Source of the DNA: Octopus vulgaris
Lineage: Eukaryota
Assembly (NCBI GenBank): GCA_951406725.2
Contig: OX597818.1
Span: 9,424,001-9,488,000 of the forward strand
Direction: 5' to 3'
DNA length: 64,000 nucleotides
Shown here: positions 12,978 through 26,047 of the stretch, one piece after another
Layout: each line of letters starts with the position of its first letter
Position numbering within the stretch: the first letter of the stretch is position 1
Program-made: the position numbers and the translations under genes
Notes under the pieces: model-generated
Databases searched by the model: none
What the model was told of the DNA's origin: nothing
What the model saw: the letters and a program-made list of their open reading frames with translations, nothing else

Positions 12978-13287
12978 CTTTCTTTATTGGTCACACAGGG
13001 CTGAACATAGAGAGGACAAATGCAACGTAGAGTTTTTTTTTTTCTTTTTGAGAGGACGGGGTTGCGAAAAATAAAAATATAAAAATAAAAATAGGTAAAA
13101 CGGTTAAAAGGGATCGAAATCGTTTGGGATATACCAAAGGGGAAATAGAACAAAAAAGTTCCCAAAAGTGGGGATGTTTATATGTGGAAAGAAAAACCTA
13201 AGAAAAGACCATGGTAACCTCGAGCAATAATGTCACACAATAACACATTTACAAGTAGGTAACTCTCTTTCTTCCTTTGTTTTTTAT

Positions 13288-16200
13288 CTAGGTCCTCCCA
13301 TCTTTTGACGAAGCATTCGCTATAAACAAAACTTCCCCCTCTACTCTTAGAGGGTGTGAGATTGACCAGCGAGGAAGGTGTTTGTCTCTAGTTCTTTCAG
13401 ACGCGTTAACTAGACACATTCTTTCGCCATAGCCACAAGTACGATGAAAATAGCTCTTCCTTCCCGTTTGAAGGAAGGAGGCGCGACAATATTGACGATA
13501 GACTCGGCTGATAAACCGACTCGTCCCACACGTGACAGCAGTGGTTCGACATAAGCCCACAGATCGGAAATGGTTGGACACTGCACGAGTGCGTGCAGAA
13601 CGGTTTTGTCGCTCTGTAGGGCTTATCCCGAACATGTAGCGCTTTTCGATAGCATTCTTAGACCAGGGATCTCTAGAAGTTGTCCATAAATTCTGGCCCG
13701 AAAGTCGTCTTGAACAGGCGGGTCAGGTATTCCTTATCGACGTCCAGGCTCGCCCCGAGATCGTCGTCGTACCTCTCCTCCCCTAATCCCCTATAGAATG
13801 CTTTGGATATGATGCAATCGCTCAAGATCAACCCGGAACGGCATAGTTGCTCGAGAGCAACGCGACACTCGCAGTGCCATTCGCCCTTCTTTGGCCTCTT
13901 CTTGATCCACGACCGCAGCTTGGGCATGGAGACGAGCTATGGGAAAGCGCGCCGCAAAAACTGCGACCACAACTGTCCACCGTCGTCTACGTAGAGCTGG
14001 AGATGTTGCAGTCTCAGTGCATATCTGTGCATCATCAACCATGGCATGCCCAGCCTTTCTTTTAGCGGGTGTTTGCAGCAAACGGATCACCTGACCATCG
14101 AAACGCTTCCTTTCCACAAGAAGCGGAAGAAGGTGCGTTCAGTTTGGTGATGGTAGGGTCGGAACAAGGAACGACGGTCAGACGGTAGTAGATGACGGAT
14201 GCGATATACGCGTTCGCCACCTCCACACGACCTTTTAGGGACAGCTTCCTCTCGAACCATTGCCGGGAGAGAGTGGCCACCCTACTTGTTATCTCGACCT
14301 AGTTCTCCTCCGTTTGGAGGTCCGAACCAAACCAGAACCCGAGCAACCTGACGGGACTGTCGGTCCAGCATCCCACTGCGGAGGCGCTACTGGACGGCAT
14401 GGGCATGCTTTTCCAGGTGCCGAGCTGCAAGTCCTCTGACTTTTCCCTTATGCGGACACACCCGTCCTACACCCCAGTTCTGGCGGGAAGCCCCTCAGTG
14501 TCGCCAGCTTCCGCAGTAGTAGCTCGAGAGTCAATACGTACAGAAGCGAGGAGAGTGGGCTTCCCTGACGGACTGAACGCGAATTACTGAACGGATACCT
14601 CTGTACGAGGCAGCTATCCAGCTGACCGAAACTGGCTGCTATGAAGACAGCCTCCAAGTATCGACGATCTATCCTATCGAAAGCTTTGGATTGATCCAAA
14701 TTGATCAAGGGCCCCACCCATGCCAGGTTCCTTAACTACTCTGTCTATGATGTAGCGCATCAGGTTGTCATGGATGTTTTTGGCCCGGCACGGCGTACGT
14801 TTACGCCTTGTCAACCAGTTTCTAGATGACAATCGCCAACCTCTTGGCTAACACCTTTGCCATAATTTTCAAATCTGCATTGAGCAGAGTGATGGGCCTA
14901 GAGTTATCTATTACGTACCCCTCTTGTTTGGATCTGTCTTCAGTAGCTTTCCGGCTCCTCGGCTCACAAAACTGGGGATACTCCCGTTTTGCTGCCAGTT
15001 GTAGTACACTGCTGTCAATCCGTCTCCAAACAAGTATAGCATACAACTGGAAAGGTCGTAGGGTAGACCATCCAAACCCGGCAATTTGACCCTCGCAACA
15101 CTCTGCTTCTCTTACTGCGAGTCGTGGCAGGCTGTGCAGATAGGCACTGAAGTCTACCTTGCGTTCTCGCTCGCCACTCGTCCCGAACAGTCGGGCAAAA
15201 TGATGCTGAAACGCCTCACACATTTCGCTGGGTTCGAGTAATTTGCGCCCCTGTTCATCTACAAGGGACCGAATGGTGGCTTTGTTGCTCTGTTGCGCTC
15301 CCGCCACCCGGGCCCCTCGGCTCCAAGAGCATCCTAGCTCAAACAACACAGTCTTCGTGTTTGGCGTTGAAATGTTGGTCGAGGGCCAACCTCGCCGCCA
15401 AAACGTCGGATGCGATGGCACTTCTAATCGCCTTTTCTAGCTTCTTAATTAGGGTCACCCTCTACTCTGCTTCTATGTATTGCTAGGGCTTTGCTATACA
15501 TAATTGAATCTGCTTTTATTGCTCTCTTGTGGGCAAACCACCATTTGTTGTTGATGATGGCTCCCGTCAAAGCCCTTTTTACTAGCGTACTAATTCGGTC
15601 TCTGAAAATCTGTCACGACGGGAAAGTCGCATTCAGTTTCCAGTAACCGGGGCCGTGTAGCTGACTATGTGGAATTGTGGACATCCTAAGCTATCCCTAT
15701 CTACTGTCCTACACAGTATTCTATCTAGATACGATCTCGACGACCCAATGTCGTTGCTCCATGTCCACGTTGCGCATTTGGGTTGTCGAGTCGGTAGTAG
15801 TCAGACAGTTGAAAGCATCTGAGCTGGTCTCTGACGCATTTACATCCCCGTGTATTCCTATATCTGCCCATGTAGTCTAGATGCGTGTCCATGTAAAGGA
15901 CGAGACGTTCCTATGAATACCTCTAGAAGTCGAAAGAAATCCGACCGACATGTTAAAGGCGGAGCATAGACTGATAGGAGTCGAAAATCACACCCATCGC
16001 TGCCGTCGACATCCAGTACAACCACTGTATGCTCCGAGTCTACGAATACTGTCTTTACTTCGAGATCTAGACTCTTTCAAAAAAGTACCGCAGTACACTA
16101 CCGCCCATTCTCGGCAGACAGGGAGCAAAATAAATGTTAAACTGTCCACCAAACATGGACTTTATGGCCCGTGGATTATGGGGTCTGGTCTCACTTAATT

Positions 16201-16291
16201 CCTAACTCGTGTAACTTTATGTCTTTAAGAGGTACCCTTGTTTCCAAGGGGACCCCAAGCCACGTGCATTAACACAGCCAATCTTGATCAT
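13288..16291 (-). pseudogene. LINE ORF2 (APE endonuclease + reverse transcriptase), disrupted
   Basis: Starts MIKIGCVNARGLG; RT motifs NSRPITLLNADLKIMAKVLAKRL, LINLDQSKAFDRID, SVRQGSPLSSLLYVL; YADD segment deleted after GVSA (about 14450); W..RKLSLKGRVEVAN; C-terminal DKTVLHALVQCP. Confidence 0.9.
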
Positions 16292-16299
16292 GAGCCTAA

Positions 16300-17388
16300 T
16301 GAGTTGTGTGTTTTTAAAACACAAACGAAAGGAACAGAACGTTACTTACCGTTCGAAAGTTTTGTTTCTTCCTTTGATTTTTCAAGGAGGTTGCTGCATA
16401 GCTCTTTTGAGGAGTAATTTTTTGACATCCCCCTACCGCATTGAGGTAGAAAGATTTTGGTATGTGGTGCGAGGTCGGTGTGTGTCGCGCAAACTTTTGA
16501 TGTGTTCTGGTGGTGTTGTGTGAATGTGGGTGCTTGTAGGTGGTCGCTGTTAGGTTTGTTTTTGAGTTGATATATTTCATCAACTTTGTGTTTTTAGTGT
16601 TTATGGCTGTGAGAATCGTTTTCGTAGTGTTGCTGTTGTTTGTGTTCGAAATGTCTCCGGGAATTGTGTTTCTCCCTGCTTTGTTTGTGTTTACTTTTGT
16701 TCTTTTTTGCCCCTATTCTCCTTCCTTTTCTGGCTATTTGCCATTCCTCACCGCTTTCGTCTTCCGACGAAATTTCTGAGGAATCGGAAGGGAGTAAGGG
16801 CCTGTTGTAAGTGTCTATATATGTTTGTGTAAGTGGTTGTGTTGTTGTTTTCGTTGGTGTTGGTTGTTGATTGTTTGTGTAAGATATATTTGATATAGGG
16901 GAGGAGGGATCAGATTTAGTATCTTCTTTTGGTTTTTCTGTACTTTTAGTTCTTGTTGGTGGTGGTATTTTTTCAGGTGCTTTTTTTTATTTTCGATTGT
17001 CGATGTTGATGGATTTGGTTGGTATGCTTCTTTAGTTGTCTTCTGTGTTGATAGTGGTGTGTGTAGTAATGCTTTTTTAAATGTGCTTAGCTGCCGCACA
17101 GATAGCAGCGTGGCCGCCAGCCCTCCACCACTACATACAGTCTGTAGCCTTCTGACAATTCTAGAGAGGTGAGTATCTTGTCTATGGATGGTTGATCAAT
17201 TTATATAAGTATTCGAAGTGTCTTCCCGACCCAGGTTTGCTGTTCTAAAGCAGCAATTTCCAGAATGTTACATCAATTGCTTTCCATTGTGTAGCAAACT
17301 TTCAAAAGAAGAAATTAACTATTTTTGAAATTGATAGCTTAATGTCATTAATGATTCTTTTTGAGAAATATATTTCTGTGAGTACTTG
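16300..17388 (-). pseudogene. LINE ORF1 (gag-like) remnant
   Basis: Manual translation near 17060-17150 gives LYVVVEGWRPRCYLCGS*AHLKKA, a CCHC-type knuckle, followed by a low-complexity T/K/P-rich region. Confidence 0.7.
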
Positions 17389-19129
17389 CATACATACATA
17401 CATACATACATACATACATACATACATACATACATACATACATACATACATACATACATACAAATAGAGGCAGTAGCAAGAGAGAGAAGGCGAGAGAGAA
17501 AGAGGTTCACTGGGTGAGAGATCGCTGTAATAATGATAGAAAACTGCCATTCCTCCGCTGATTGTTTCCATAAAGTTATGCGCTTTTCGGAGGCAACTGA
17601 AACGGACAGTGCTAGTGATCCGTGTAGGTCATATATATAGAGAGAGCGAGAGAGTGATGAAGAAAGAAGAGGAGATGCAAACAAAACATTTATGTTAGAG
17701 ACAGATTTCTCAAAAATTTTTTAAATGATTAATTTATACAAGGAATTCGATTCTTTCGTGGCATCTCTGTTGCTCATGTGTATGACTTCAGTGTGAGCAT
17801 GCAGGTAGAGTGGAGAATGTTTATTCCTAATAAGGTAAGATAGAAGTAAAGAACAGTTGTAGTTACTTTGAAAAAAAGGTGGTGAGTGTGTATGAAATAT
17901 ACTTGGAGCCGAAGCATACCAACTGATAAAACATTTGGTCCGCACTGGAACACTAAACATCTAGCTTACACGTTTAGCTTCATCGCTAAAACTTCAAGTT
18001 TGCTGTACAATCATATAGGAATGTTAGATATACAATTCGTTCCTCTCGCACAGCAATTTGTAATTTTCCAGTCACAGATCAGATAAGAGATATACAATAA
18101 CAATTATATTAATCAATCCATTTCCATTCAAACTTTTGAATCATTGAATAAATTTGTACATTTTAAACTGTAGTTAGATTTATACGACTTATTCAAAATT
18201 AAATATGTTACAATTTCCGGCAGCATTATTGAGTACAAGTTGCCATATACTTTAAAATATGCAAATGCTAATCCCAAGCTTAGATATTAATTCATTTATA
18301 ATCACAGCAATTTCAATAAAATGTATTCCAATCTAATTCCTAAAATCATGAACCCTGTCACAGGATCCTGCAGAACAACAAATTTATTTATGATGATATG
18401 CATGTTGATATGAATGTATGCAAATTCTTGCATGTGAATGTACATCTTTAAAATCTCGTATGTAAATGTGTGTGTGCGTGTGAGCATGTGTGTGTGTGTG
18501 TGTGTGTGTTATCATGATACGTATGTTTAATATGCTTCGCTTTTAATATGAATGCCTATAAAGCTATAAAGAAGGAGCTACTTTCTAACAAAGAAACAGT
18601 TCTACTCCTGGAATTTAAATAACAATAACAGCAAAGAATTGCATGTTGAAATTTAGATAAGCCGTGCATAATTTCGCTGCTCTGCTTCAGGATTAAATTT
18701 GCAAATTGCGTGTTAGGAGGACAATTTCTTTGCTTGGGAATACTCATATTCGATGTTATTGCTTAGATAGTTAATAACAAAACCCGGTACACTTTCTCAC
18801 TGACACTCAAAGAAATTTGCTTGGCAGCTGACCTGTATAATGAACAGTTAACTTTTTTCTTTTCAGTTCCAAACAAATGTAGCTGGATTGTTTTATATGT
18901 GTGCATGCGGTGTGCGCGTGTGTGTGTGCGCATGCGCATGAGTGTGAGAGTGCCTTGCGCACGCTCACACACATATACAAACACACACAAATATGTATAT
19001 GAGCATACACGCGTACCTGTCTATTTGCACATGCTTATACTTATGCAAAAATGATTGATATTGCATGCGTGGATTCTATATAAGAGTATACATACAGATG
19101 TTTGTATCTCTACACATGCGCATATGCAC

Positions 19130-19660
19130 TTCGTAGATGTTGCCTCTATTCACTACTTTAATGTATTCTATGATTTTCTAAAGCCTATTTTCTGAAGCAA
19201 TGCGTTACGTGTCCAACTCCTCTAATAATTACATGTATAAATCAAAGTTGTCCTCTGAATCAAGTAACAGTTGCTTTCTCATCGGTCTAACATTTTATTT
19301 TTTAGTTAATCCTTAACATGAAGATGTCATCTGCTGCGCAATTGATTTTGCCTTCTATACATAATTTCTTACTCTTCTTCAGGATTGTTATTTCTAGTCT
19401 CATCTACTAGCAACTTACTGAAGTTGTTAACGGGAATACTTTCATACAGTGCAATTTCCTTCTGCACATCATTGTAGCTTCTTATATTTGTATCCTCAGT
19501 GTAACACATTTTACGAATTACATTGTACAATTTTCTAGTCTCTCATCATGTCTGTATTATAACTTATTCTCAGACTGTGACTTATGATGTTCTTGACATT
19601 CACAGTGATCGTTTCACAGAGTTTGTCTAAGTTGTTTTATGTTGGCCGTTTACATGTAAT
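19130..19660 (-). pseudogene. Very old LINE (RTE-like) RT relic
   Basis: Minus-strand GKINCAADDIFML near 19315-19355 (YADD-like) and IKQLRQTL near 19615-19645, in the expected order. Confidence 0.3.
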
Positions 19661-19672
19661 GCGAGCCCTTAC

Positions 19673-19678
19673 CTGTAC
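19673..19678 (-). other. Candidate 6-nt micro-exon (GTACAG)
   Basis: Minus strand tttgcttgtttcattctttctttcttcctttctaatatag|GTACAG|gtaagg: long AG-free pyrimidine tract, TGC upstream, strong donor. Confidence 0.4.
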
Positions 19679-20339
19679 CTATATTAGAAAGGAAGAAAGA
19701 AAGAATGAAACAAGCAAACAAACAAACAATGCTTGAAAGTGAGAGCTAATATTCCTGTTATTAGTCCAAGATAAACTGCTGGAATATTCTCTTGTTATAC
19801 GGTATCATCTCAGTGCAAATACAACTAACTATTTCAGTGGTCCAGGGTAAAGTCGGCTAGTCTATGGCCTTTGTTCATGACATCTGAAAATTCAGTAATC
19901 ATTCGCATCCACGAGCAGGGAACAGAATCGAATTCGTTCTTGAAGTCCAATCACACAAGTACCAAACTGCTTTTATGCCACCGCACCTTTGACATCCTAG
20001 CTTTTTTAAATTAAAAGTTGCTCAGCTCAGCCCCTAATTTATCTTTTCCCAACTATTTGCTTAATTATGACGTTATTTGAATAAAATTAATACTGGAGAA
20101 GCTGTTTGAAATAGTCTTGCATATATTTTATACTTGGAAACTTTAGCCCTCAGTTTTCCACAAAGAGTGGCTCTGATTTTTTATACTAAGTTTCCTTAAA
20201 CCAGTTTCACTCATAACATTATGTACATATAACCATTGGGCGGTAGCTGCTAAATGGTAATAAGATAATTCAGATACGTAATTTTTCGCTGAAATATCCC
20301 ACAGATGACGTCCTGGTACTTTCCTCTCGAGAAATTTAA

Positions 20340-20570
20340 AAACTTTAGCATTCGAATCAGCCATATCCGACCTAAGTATTCTACCAGTTTTCATAGTCGA
20401 ACCAGCCAGATGCAACCTCTCACACCAATCCTACAATTACCTACAACATCCTTCTAAATTTAAGCAATCGCATCATGGAGATCTCAGAAATTAAAGCATA
20501 GCATGTTTAATTCAAAACAATGTGAATAGATAAGCATTACATTAAACAGAGTAATTTGAACGCTGAAAAG
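20340..20570. mobile_element. TTAA-flanked MITE (piggyBac-like), degenerate
   Basis: TTAA at 20336-20339 and 20571-20574; termini CTTTAGCATTCGAA / TTTGAACGCTGAAA are imperfect inverted repeats. Confidence 0.5.
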
Positions 20571-20707
20571 TTAAACCACAGTCTGAATAATCTCATTTTT
20601 AATGTATAATTTTGTTGTGATACGTGACAATATTTCTGTCTGCTTTCTTCAAGCCAACTTGTTTCCTGATTGAACTCCATTACCGCACGTTAACCCCATT
20701 CCAGATT

Positions 20708-20870
20708 TTCCTCCTGAAGAGATGTGTATCTTCTTAAGAAGAAACACTTTAGAATCTTTGATTGTTCCTCTATATTTAAAAATTTTTGTAAGTACATCTT
20801 CCTAGTTTTTGTCTTTCAGATTTTTCAGCAATGTAATAGGGGACAACTTCGAAACATGCATGTCCGGATT
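20708..20870 (+). ncRNA. Candidate hammerhead with about 130-nt stem II insertion
   Basis: CTGAAGA at 20714-20720; GAA-ACATGCATGT-C at 20851-20864 (perfect 10-nt palindromic stem III, GUC site); TTGTTCCTCTAT pairs with ATAGGGGACAA inside; stem I weak. Confidence 0.5.
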
Positions 20871-21215
20871 GTTACGTTTTCTTCTCAACCATAAGTTACT
20901 TCCTGGATTCGATCTGATTGCGTGACATTTTGGACGTATCTTTTATTATAGCTTCAGTTCACTCAAGCCATGTGGACGAAATCGTGTAGACTATTTGGAA
21001 TTCATTGAGAGGGGTTGTATTGGTACTTCAAATCAGAGTTTATTCAGACATTGACATGTTGATTCGGCCAGGAATTACCTTAAAGTAATCTATGGAATAC
21101 TCAACCATCGGCAGACTGGTGCAATCAATAAGATCGATGAGTTGGTTGAATAATTGACACACACAACGTTAATACAGGAGAAAGTAGAATAAGTGTTGTG
21201 AGATATACGTAAAGC

Positions 21216-21242
21216 ATTATCATCATCATCATCATCATCATT

Positions 21243-21307
<65 letters not shown>

Positions 21308-21408
21308 TATCATCGTCGTCGTCGTCGTCGTCATCATCATCATCATCATCATCATCGTCATCATCATCATCATCATCATTATCATCGTCGTCGTCGTCGT
21401 CGTCGTCG

Positions 21409-21493
<85 letters not shown>

Positions 21494-21521
21494 TATCATC
21501 GTCGTCGTCGTCGTGGTCATT

Positions 21522-21559
<38 letters not shown>

Positions 21560-21625
21560 TATCATCGTCGTCGTCGTCGTCGTCGTCGTCATCATCATCA
21601 TCATCATCATCATCATTATCATCCA
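21216..21625. repeat. Compound (ATC)n/(GTC)n array with higher-order blocks
   Basis: Recurrent block TTATCATC(GTC)n(ATC)n; source of the poly-D and poly-M ORFs. Confidence 0.95.
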
Positions 21626-22737
21626 TGATTCTCACACTCTCCACCAAATTTATCATTCCCACAATAATTATATCCACGAACTACACTACCATCACTACCA
21701 CCACCACCACTGCTACCTCTAACATCGTACCACCGTAACTATCACTACACTTCCATTATCATCACAAACACAATCACCACAGCCACTACTAATATTCACA
21801 ACAATTCTTCCATCACCATCTCCAACAATAATAATTTTGGCACCCTTCTAAACATTCCCATCACCACCTAAACCACCACCTAAACCACCACCACCACCAT
21901 TACTGTTACTACTTCTGTCATGATCACCACCATGCCAACGAACAGCACCCCACACTAACGATAACGGCACCACAACAGACATTCCGATCGCCACCATCAT
22001 GTTTTATCGCATAACTAATTTTAGTCTATGTTCTATATTTTCAATGCATGCCTTGCTCATAGCGACGGTATGGTCGACATTCACCATCACACTCACCGAA
22101 TAATCTTATTCTTGTATTGTATTGTATGTGAAACAACATAAAGCAAGAAAGCAGCGCCTGTTTCACTATGGGTGAAGTCACGTTTTCCAAATGCACTTTT
22201 ACTTTATTTATTATTGTACTTTGCCTTTTCCAAATTGAACATCCAGCAGACTGGATCTAATTCCTTTGTCAGTTCACACTTCTTTTCTTCCCATATTCTT
22301 TTATTTATAATTGTTAAAACTTTTTGCTGTTTATTATTGTCCTTCATATTCTTCTCCAATCCCTGTTTTCACAACTGCTGTGAATATACAATACTACTTA
22401 CCGTTCCTTTGATTTATGCAACATTAGAACTATTCTACAGCCCTCTACCGTACAAAAGGACGACGTATGACGACGAGCTTTCAGAGACAAGGATCAACCG
22501 TTGTTCAAAACATGTTTGTGTCTGTGAACCCCACTGATTTTCATATTTCACAATCTATGGAAGGATTATAACTAACTCAGATGTTGAACAATTCACATTA
22601 TTTTTGTTTTGAGGCATGTGGTGAGGTTGTGAATTTTCTTTGAAGTGTTTGCATCTAAAAGGATTTTGTGGGGTTGGGATATAAATATAAGTTGTAGGTG
22701 TATATATTTGTGTGTGTGTGTGTATGTGTGTGCGCGT

Positions 22738-22783
<46 letters not shown>

Positions 22784-22790
22784 AACATAT

Positions 22791-23020
22791 TTTTATGAGT
22801 TACTGTTAGTTTCATGCAATGAAAACATCTCAGACAGCATTTTTAACACATCTCGTGCCTTCACGCAATCCTCAGACTGTGTCCACATGGCATAACTTGC
22901 CTGTTTTTAGCTAGTTATGCTATGTAGCCATAGTCTGAGAATTGCGTGAAAGCATCAGACGTGTTAAAAAATATTGTCTCTGCTGTTTTCATCTCATGAA
23001 ACTAAGTTAGTCATAAAAAA
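22791..23020. repeat. Long hairpin (about 107-bp arms, about 14-nt loop)
   Basis: TTCACGCAATCCTCAGACTGTG...CATGGCATAACT pairs with AGTTATGCTATG...CATAGTCTGAGAATTGCGTGAA; pairing extends to TTTTATGA/TCATAAAA. Confidence 0.85.
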
Positions 23021-23153
23021 TATATATTGTGTTTAGCAAAAAAATATTAATCTCCCACCAGATGGAGTACAATTTCTTTTATCTTAACATCACGGAACAG
23101 TACACTACATGCATATATGTGTGGGGGTATATAAATAGATAGATAGATAGATA

Positions 23154-23634
23154 GTCGCAGGAAAGGCTGTGTGGTGAGAAGCTTGTTACCCTAACCACAT
23201 GGTTCCGGGATCAGTGCCACTGCGTAGCACTTTGTGTATATGTCATCAACTATAGCCTTGGGCCGATTAAAGCCCCATGAGTGGATTTGGTAGACGGAAA
23301 CTGAAAGAAACCCGTCGTATATGTGTGTGTGCGCGCGTGTGTGTATGTGTGCATATGTGTGTGCGTGCGCGTGTGAGTGTTTGTATACGTGATTGTGAGT
23401 CAGTGTGTATATATTTGCGTGTTTATGGCTGTGTTTGTACCCCAAACATCGCTTGGCAACTGTTGTTGGTGTGTTTACGACACCGTAACGCAGCGGTCCG
23501 GCAAAAGAGAGCGATAGGATAAGTACTAGGCTTACAACGAATAAGTTCTTGGGTCGATTTGTTCCACTAGACACCCCTTAAGTTGGTGTTTCTGCATTGC
23601 CACAATCAATTGACTGAAACAAGTAAAAGAAAGA
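23154..23634 (+). mobile_element. SINE family A
   Basis: Same head, internal microsatellite and TGACTGAAACAAGTAAAAGA tail as 10401. Confidence 0.85.
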
Positions 23635-24142
23635 ATATATATATATATTTATACTGACATACATATACTTTTACATATACATGTACACATATAAAATTCA
23701 AAAAGTTAGGATGAATGAGAGGTTAATATATTTAACCACACGTCATCCTGAGAATTACAGCCGTTTCACAGCTGATAATTTCAGTATATAATATATTATG
23801 CGTATATCTAAGTACTAATGTGCATGATATGCATTATGCAATACAGTTGTATTTTCACAAATCTTTGGACATAAAGAAAGGTAGCTCATATGATCACCAG
23901 AAAACGTATGATTTAACTGTCTACATGCAAAGATATTCTTTTTATATATAGGCATTCCATCGCATTCGTCATGTAAGAGAGTTAATTTTACAGTTGAGAA
24001 GCGTAGCATAGTAATCTTATCGAGTGATAGGAATATCTTTCAGCGATTCATTTATTTGTAGTTTCTGACACTATTGTGAATGAATCTCTAAAGTGCACAG
24101 GAGGTTAGTGAGTAGTGCAAACTAAATTTTTAATGTAATTCG

Positions 24143-24694
24143 TGGATTCATAGACACGTGTGGCTATTATAGAAAGCTCCTGTAGTAGGATTCGGCTAAT
24201 AGACTAACAAATAATCCAATGTAGGGTATCATGCAAATGAAATCCAGGCCATCCGATTGATAAAATTATTTCATGTGGTGGCTATGTATCATATGTCAGG
24301 AGCTATGAAAGGAATATATTCATTTAACCACGTGTCATCCCTGGGATTACGGCCGTTTCGCAGCCTTCTTCATACAATAATAATTTCAGTTTATTGTAAA
24401 TTATGGTTACATGTCTTTGCACTAATAAGCAAGTTACGCATTAAACCTTGAAATTGTATGTTCACAAAAAAATTGTATATTCACAATTCTGTGCCGATAA
24501 TGAAAGTAATCTCACCTGACATACCTCAGGAATTTTTAGGTTTACATATTCCTCATGCAATAATTTCATCGATCGGACCTCCTGGATTTCAGTTGCATGA
24601 AACTCTATATTAAATGTATTGGATTACCATGTCGTCTGTTAGCCGGGTACGCTAGCGGAACTTACTGTGATGGCCTTATGATTCTATGAATCCA
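24143..24694. repeat. Inverted-arm element with an internal hammerhead half-motif
   Basis: 24143-24302 is the reverse complement of 24514-24694 (TGGATTCATAGA...GAAATCCAGG...TATGTCAGG); spacer has minus-strand GAA-ACGGCCGT-A at 24348-24359; a partial related copy lies at 23730-23787. Confidence 0.7.
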
Positions 24695-24904
24695 TATATT
24701 GCGCTACATACACATACACATACACACATACAAGCACACACACATGCCTATGTGCATGTATATGTCTGTATATATACACGCACATACTTATATTGCTTAT
24801 ACATACCTGTTTGCCTTTATTTTTCATTTATGTGTGCCTGTATTTCTGTCTATATTTCTTCTGTCTACTTTCTTTTCTCACTCTCTCTCTCTCTCTCTCT
24901 CTCT

Positions 24905-25760
24905 CTGAAGATTGAAGGCTTCGAATGTCCCGTCCGTGCTTTTTGTGTCGTCTTCTAAATGTTTCACATTCTTGTCCCAGTTTGTATTTTTTTACTCTTA
25001 CATAAGCGGCGACGTACCCCTTTTTGACCCTATACGTAAGTATATATTCTTAAACACATGGTACGACTCTACAACACTGTCTCTCTCCCCCCTCTCCTAC
25101 ATTTCTCTGCCTTTCACACTTTGCACTCCACTTGATCTGTCTCTTTCTCTCTCTTTCTTCTCCTCCTTTGTTCCTTGTTCCCCTTCTTTCTCTGTTCATC
25201 TGTCCCTCTTTTTCCTCTTTCTTTCCATCACGTGACCATCCACCGACTGCTGTCCTTTCGCGTCCAGCAGTCGTTGTCCTTTCGCGTCCAGCAGTCGTTG
25301 TGGCAAGACACACTTGTTTGTCTCTCTGTAGCCTTAAGGCTCTCTTCTAACGCCAGCTCAAGACTTTTCTTGCCCTGTCGAAAAGACACTTGTCTGTGAC
25401 GTCCTGGTTTTGTTGTTATTATTATCATTATTGTTTTTACGTATTTTTGTATTCTTATTCGTGCTATCATTATTGTTTTTATGTATTTTTGTATTTTTAT
25501 TCGTGTAACATCGTCCGTTTTCCGTCCTTGTTTTTTTATACATTCGAGGCGTTCTTCCAAGGAATCTAATGCGCTCGGCTTAGATTTTCCTTTGGGGCTG
25601 CCCACGTCGAAGCAATCTCAAGATTAATCAGCCGAAAGTGCGAAGATGATCTGGTTCTTGACTGAAGATTGAAGGCTTCGAATGTCCCGTCCGTGTATTT
25701 TGTGTCGTCTTCTAAATGTTTCACGTTCTTGTCCCAGTTTGTATTTTTTACTTTTACATA
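24905..25760 (+). mobile_element. Non-coding element with about 100-bp direct terminal repeats
   Basis: 24905-25004 nearly identical to 25662-25760 (CTGAAGATTGAAGGCTTCGAATGTCCCGTCCGTG...); flanked by (CT)n and (TA)n; no TG..CA ends. Confidence 0.75.
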
Positions 25761-25789
25761 TATATATATATATGTAGATAGTTAGATAT

Positions 25790-26047
25790 CAGTGACCACG
25801 TGACCGACCATGCTATCAGATATTGTTACACATAGCTGGTCATAGAGTGCATTTGCATTGTTTTAGCTTTCAAATGACGCCACCCCGCTGGCTAGGTGAT
25901 CAAGCCAACAATGCCGCCGGATCGAAGTGGTGACTGGAGCAACATAAAATGAAGTGTTTTGCTCAGGAACACAACGCGCCGGCAGCACAAGGAATCGATC
26001 TAGCGATCGTGAGTGCAACATCCTAACTACTTGGCCAGACGCCTTCA
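25790..26047 (-). mobile_element. tRNA-derived SINE (V/CORE-like central domain)
   Basis: Minus strand GAAGGCGTCTGGCCAAGTAGTTAGGATGTTGCACTCACGATCG...GCGTTGTGTTCCTGAGCAAAACACTTC. Confidence 0.65.

Noticed and set aside
21090-21677. 195-aa poly-Asp ORF resembling acidic biomineralisation proteins
   Set aside because: Translation of an (ATC)n microsatellite; other frames are equally open and there is no signal peptide.
22932-22962. CTGAGAA-TTGCGT-GAAA hammerhead-like string in the hairpin arm
   Set aside because: No stem II can form from the 6-nt linker.
25662-25690. CTGAAGA-TTGAAGGCTTC-GAATGTC as a hammerhead
   Set aside because: GAAT in both repeat copies, no stem III and no stem I pairing.
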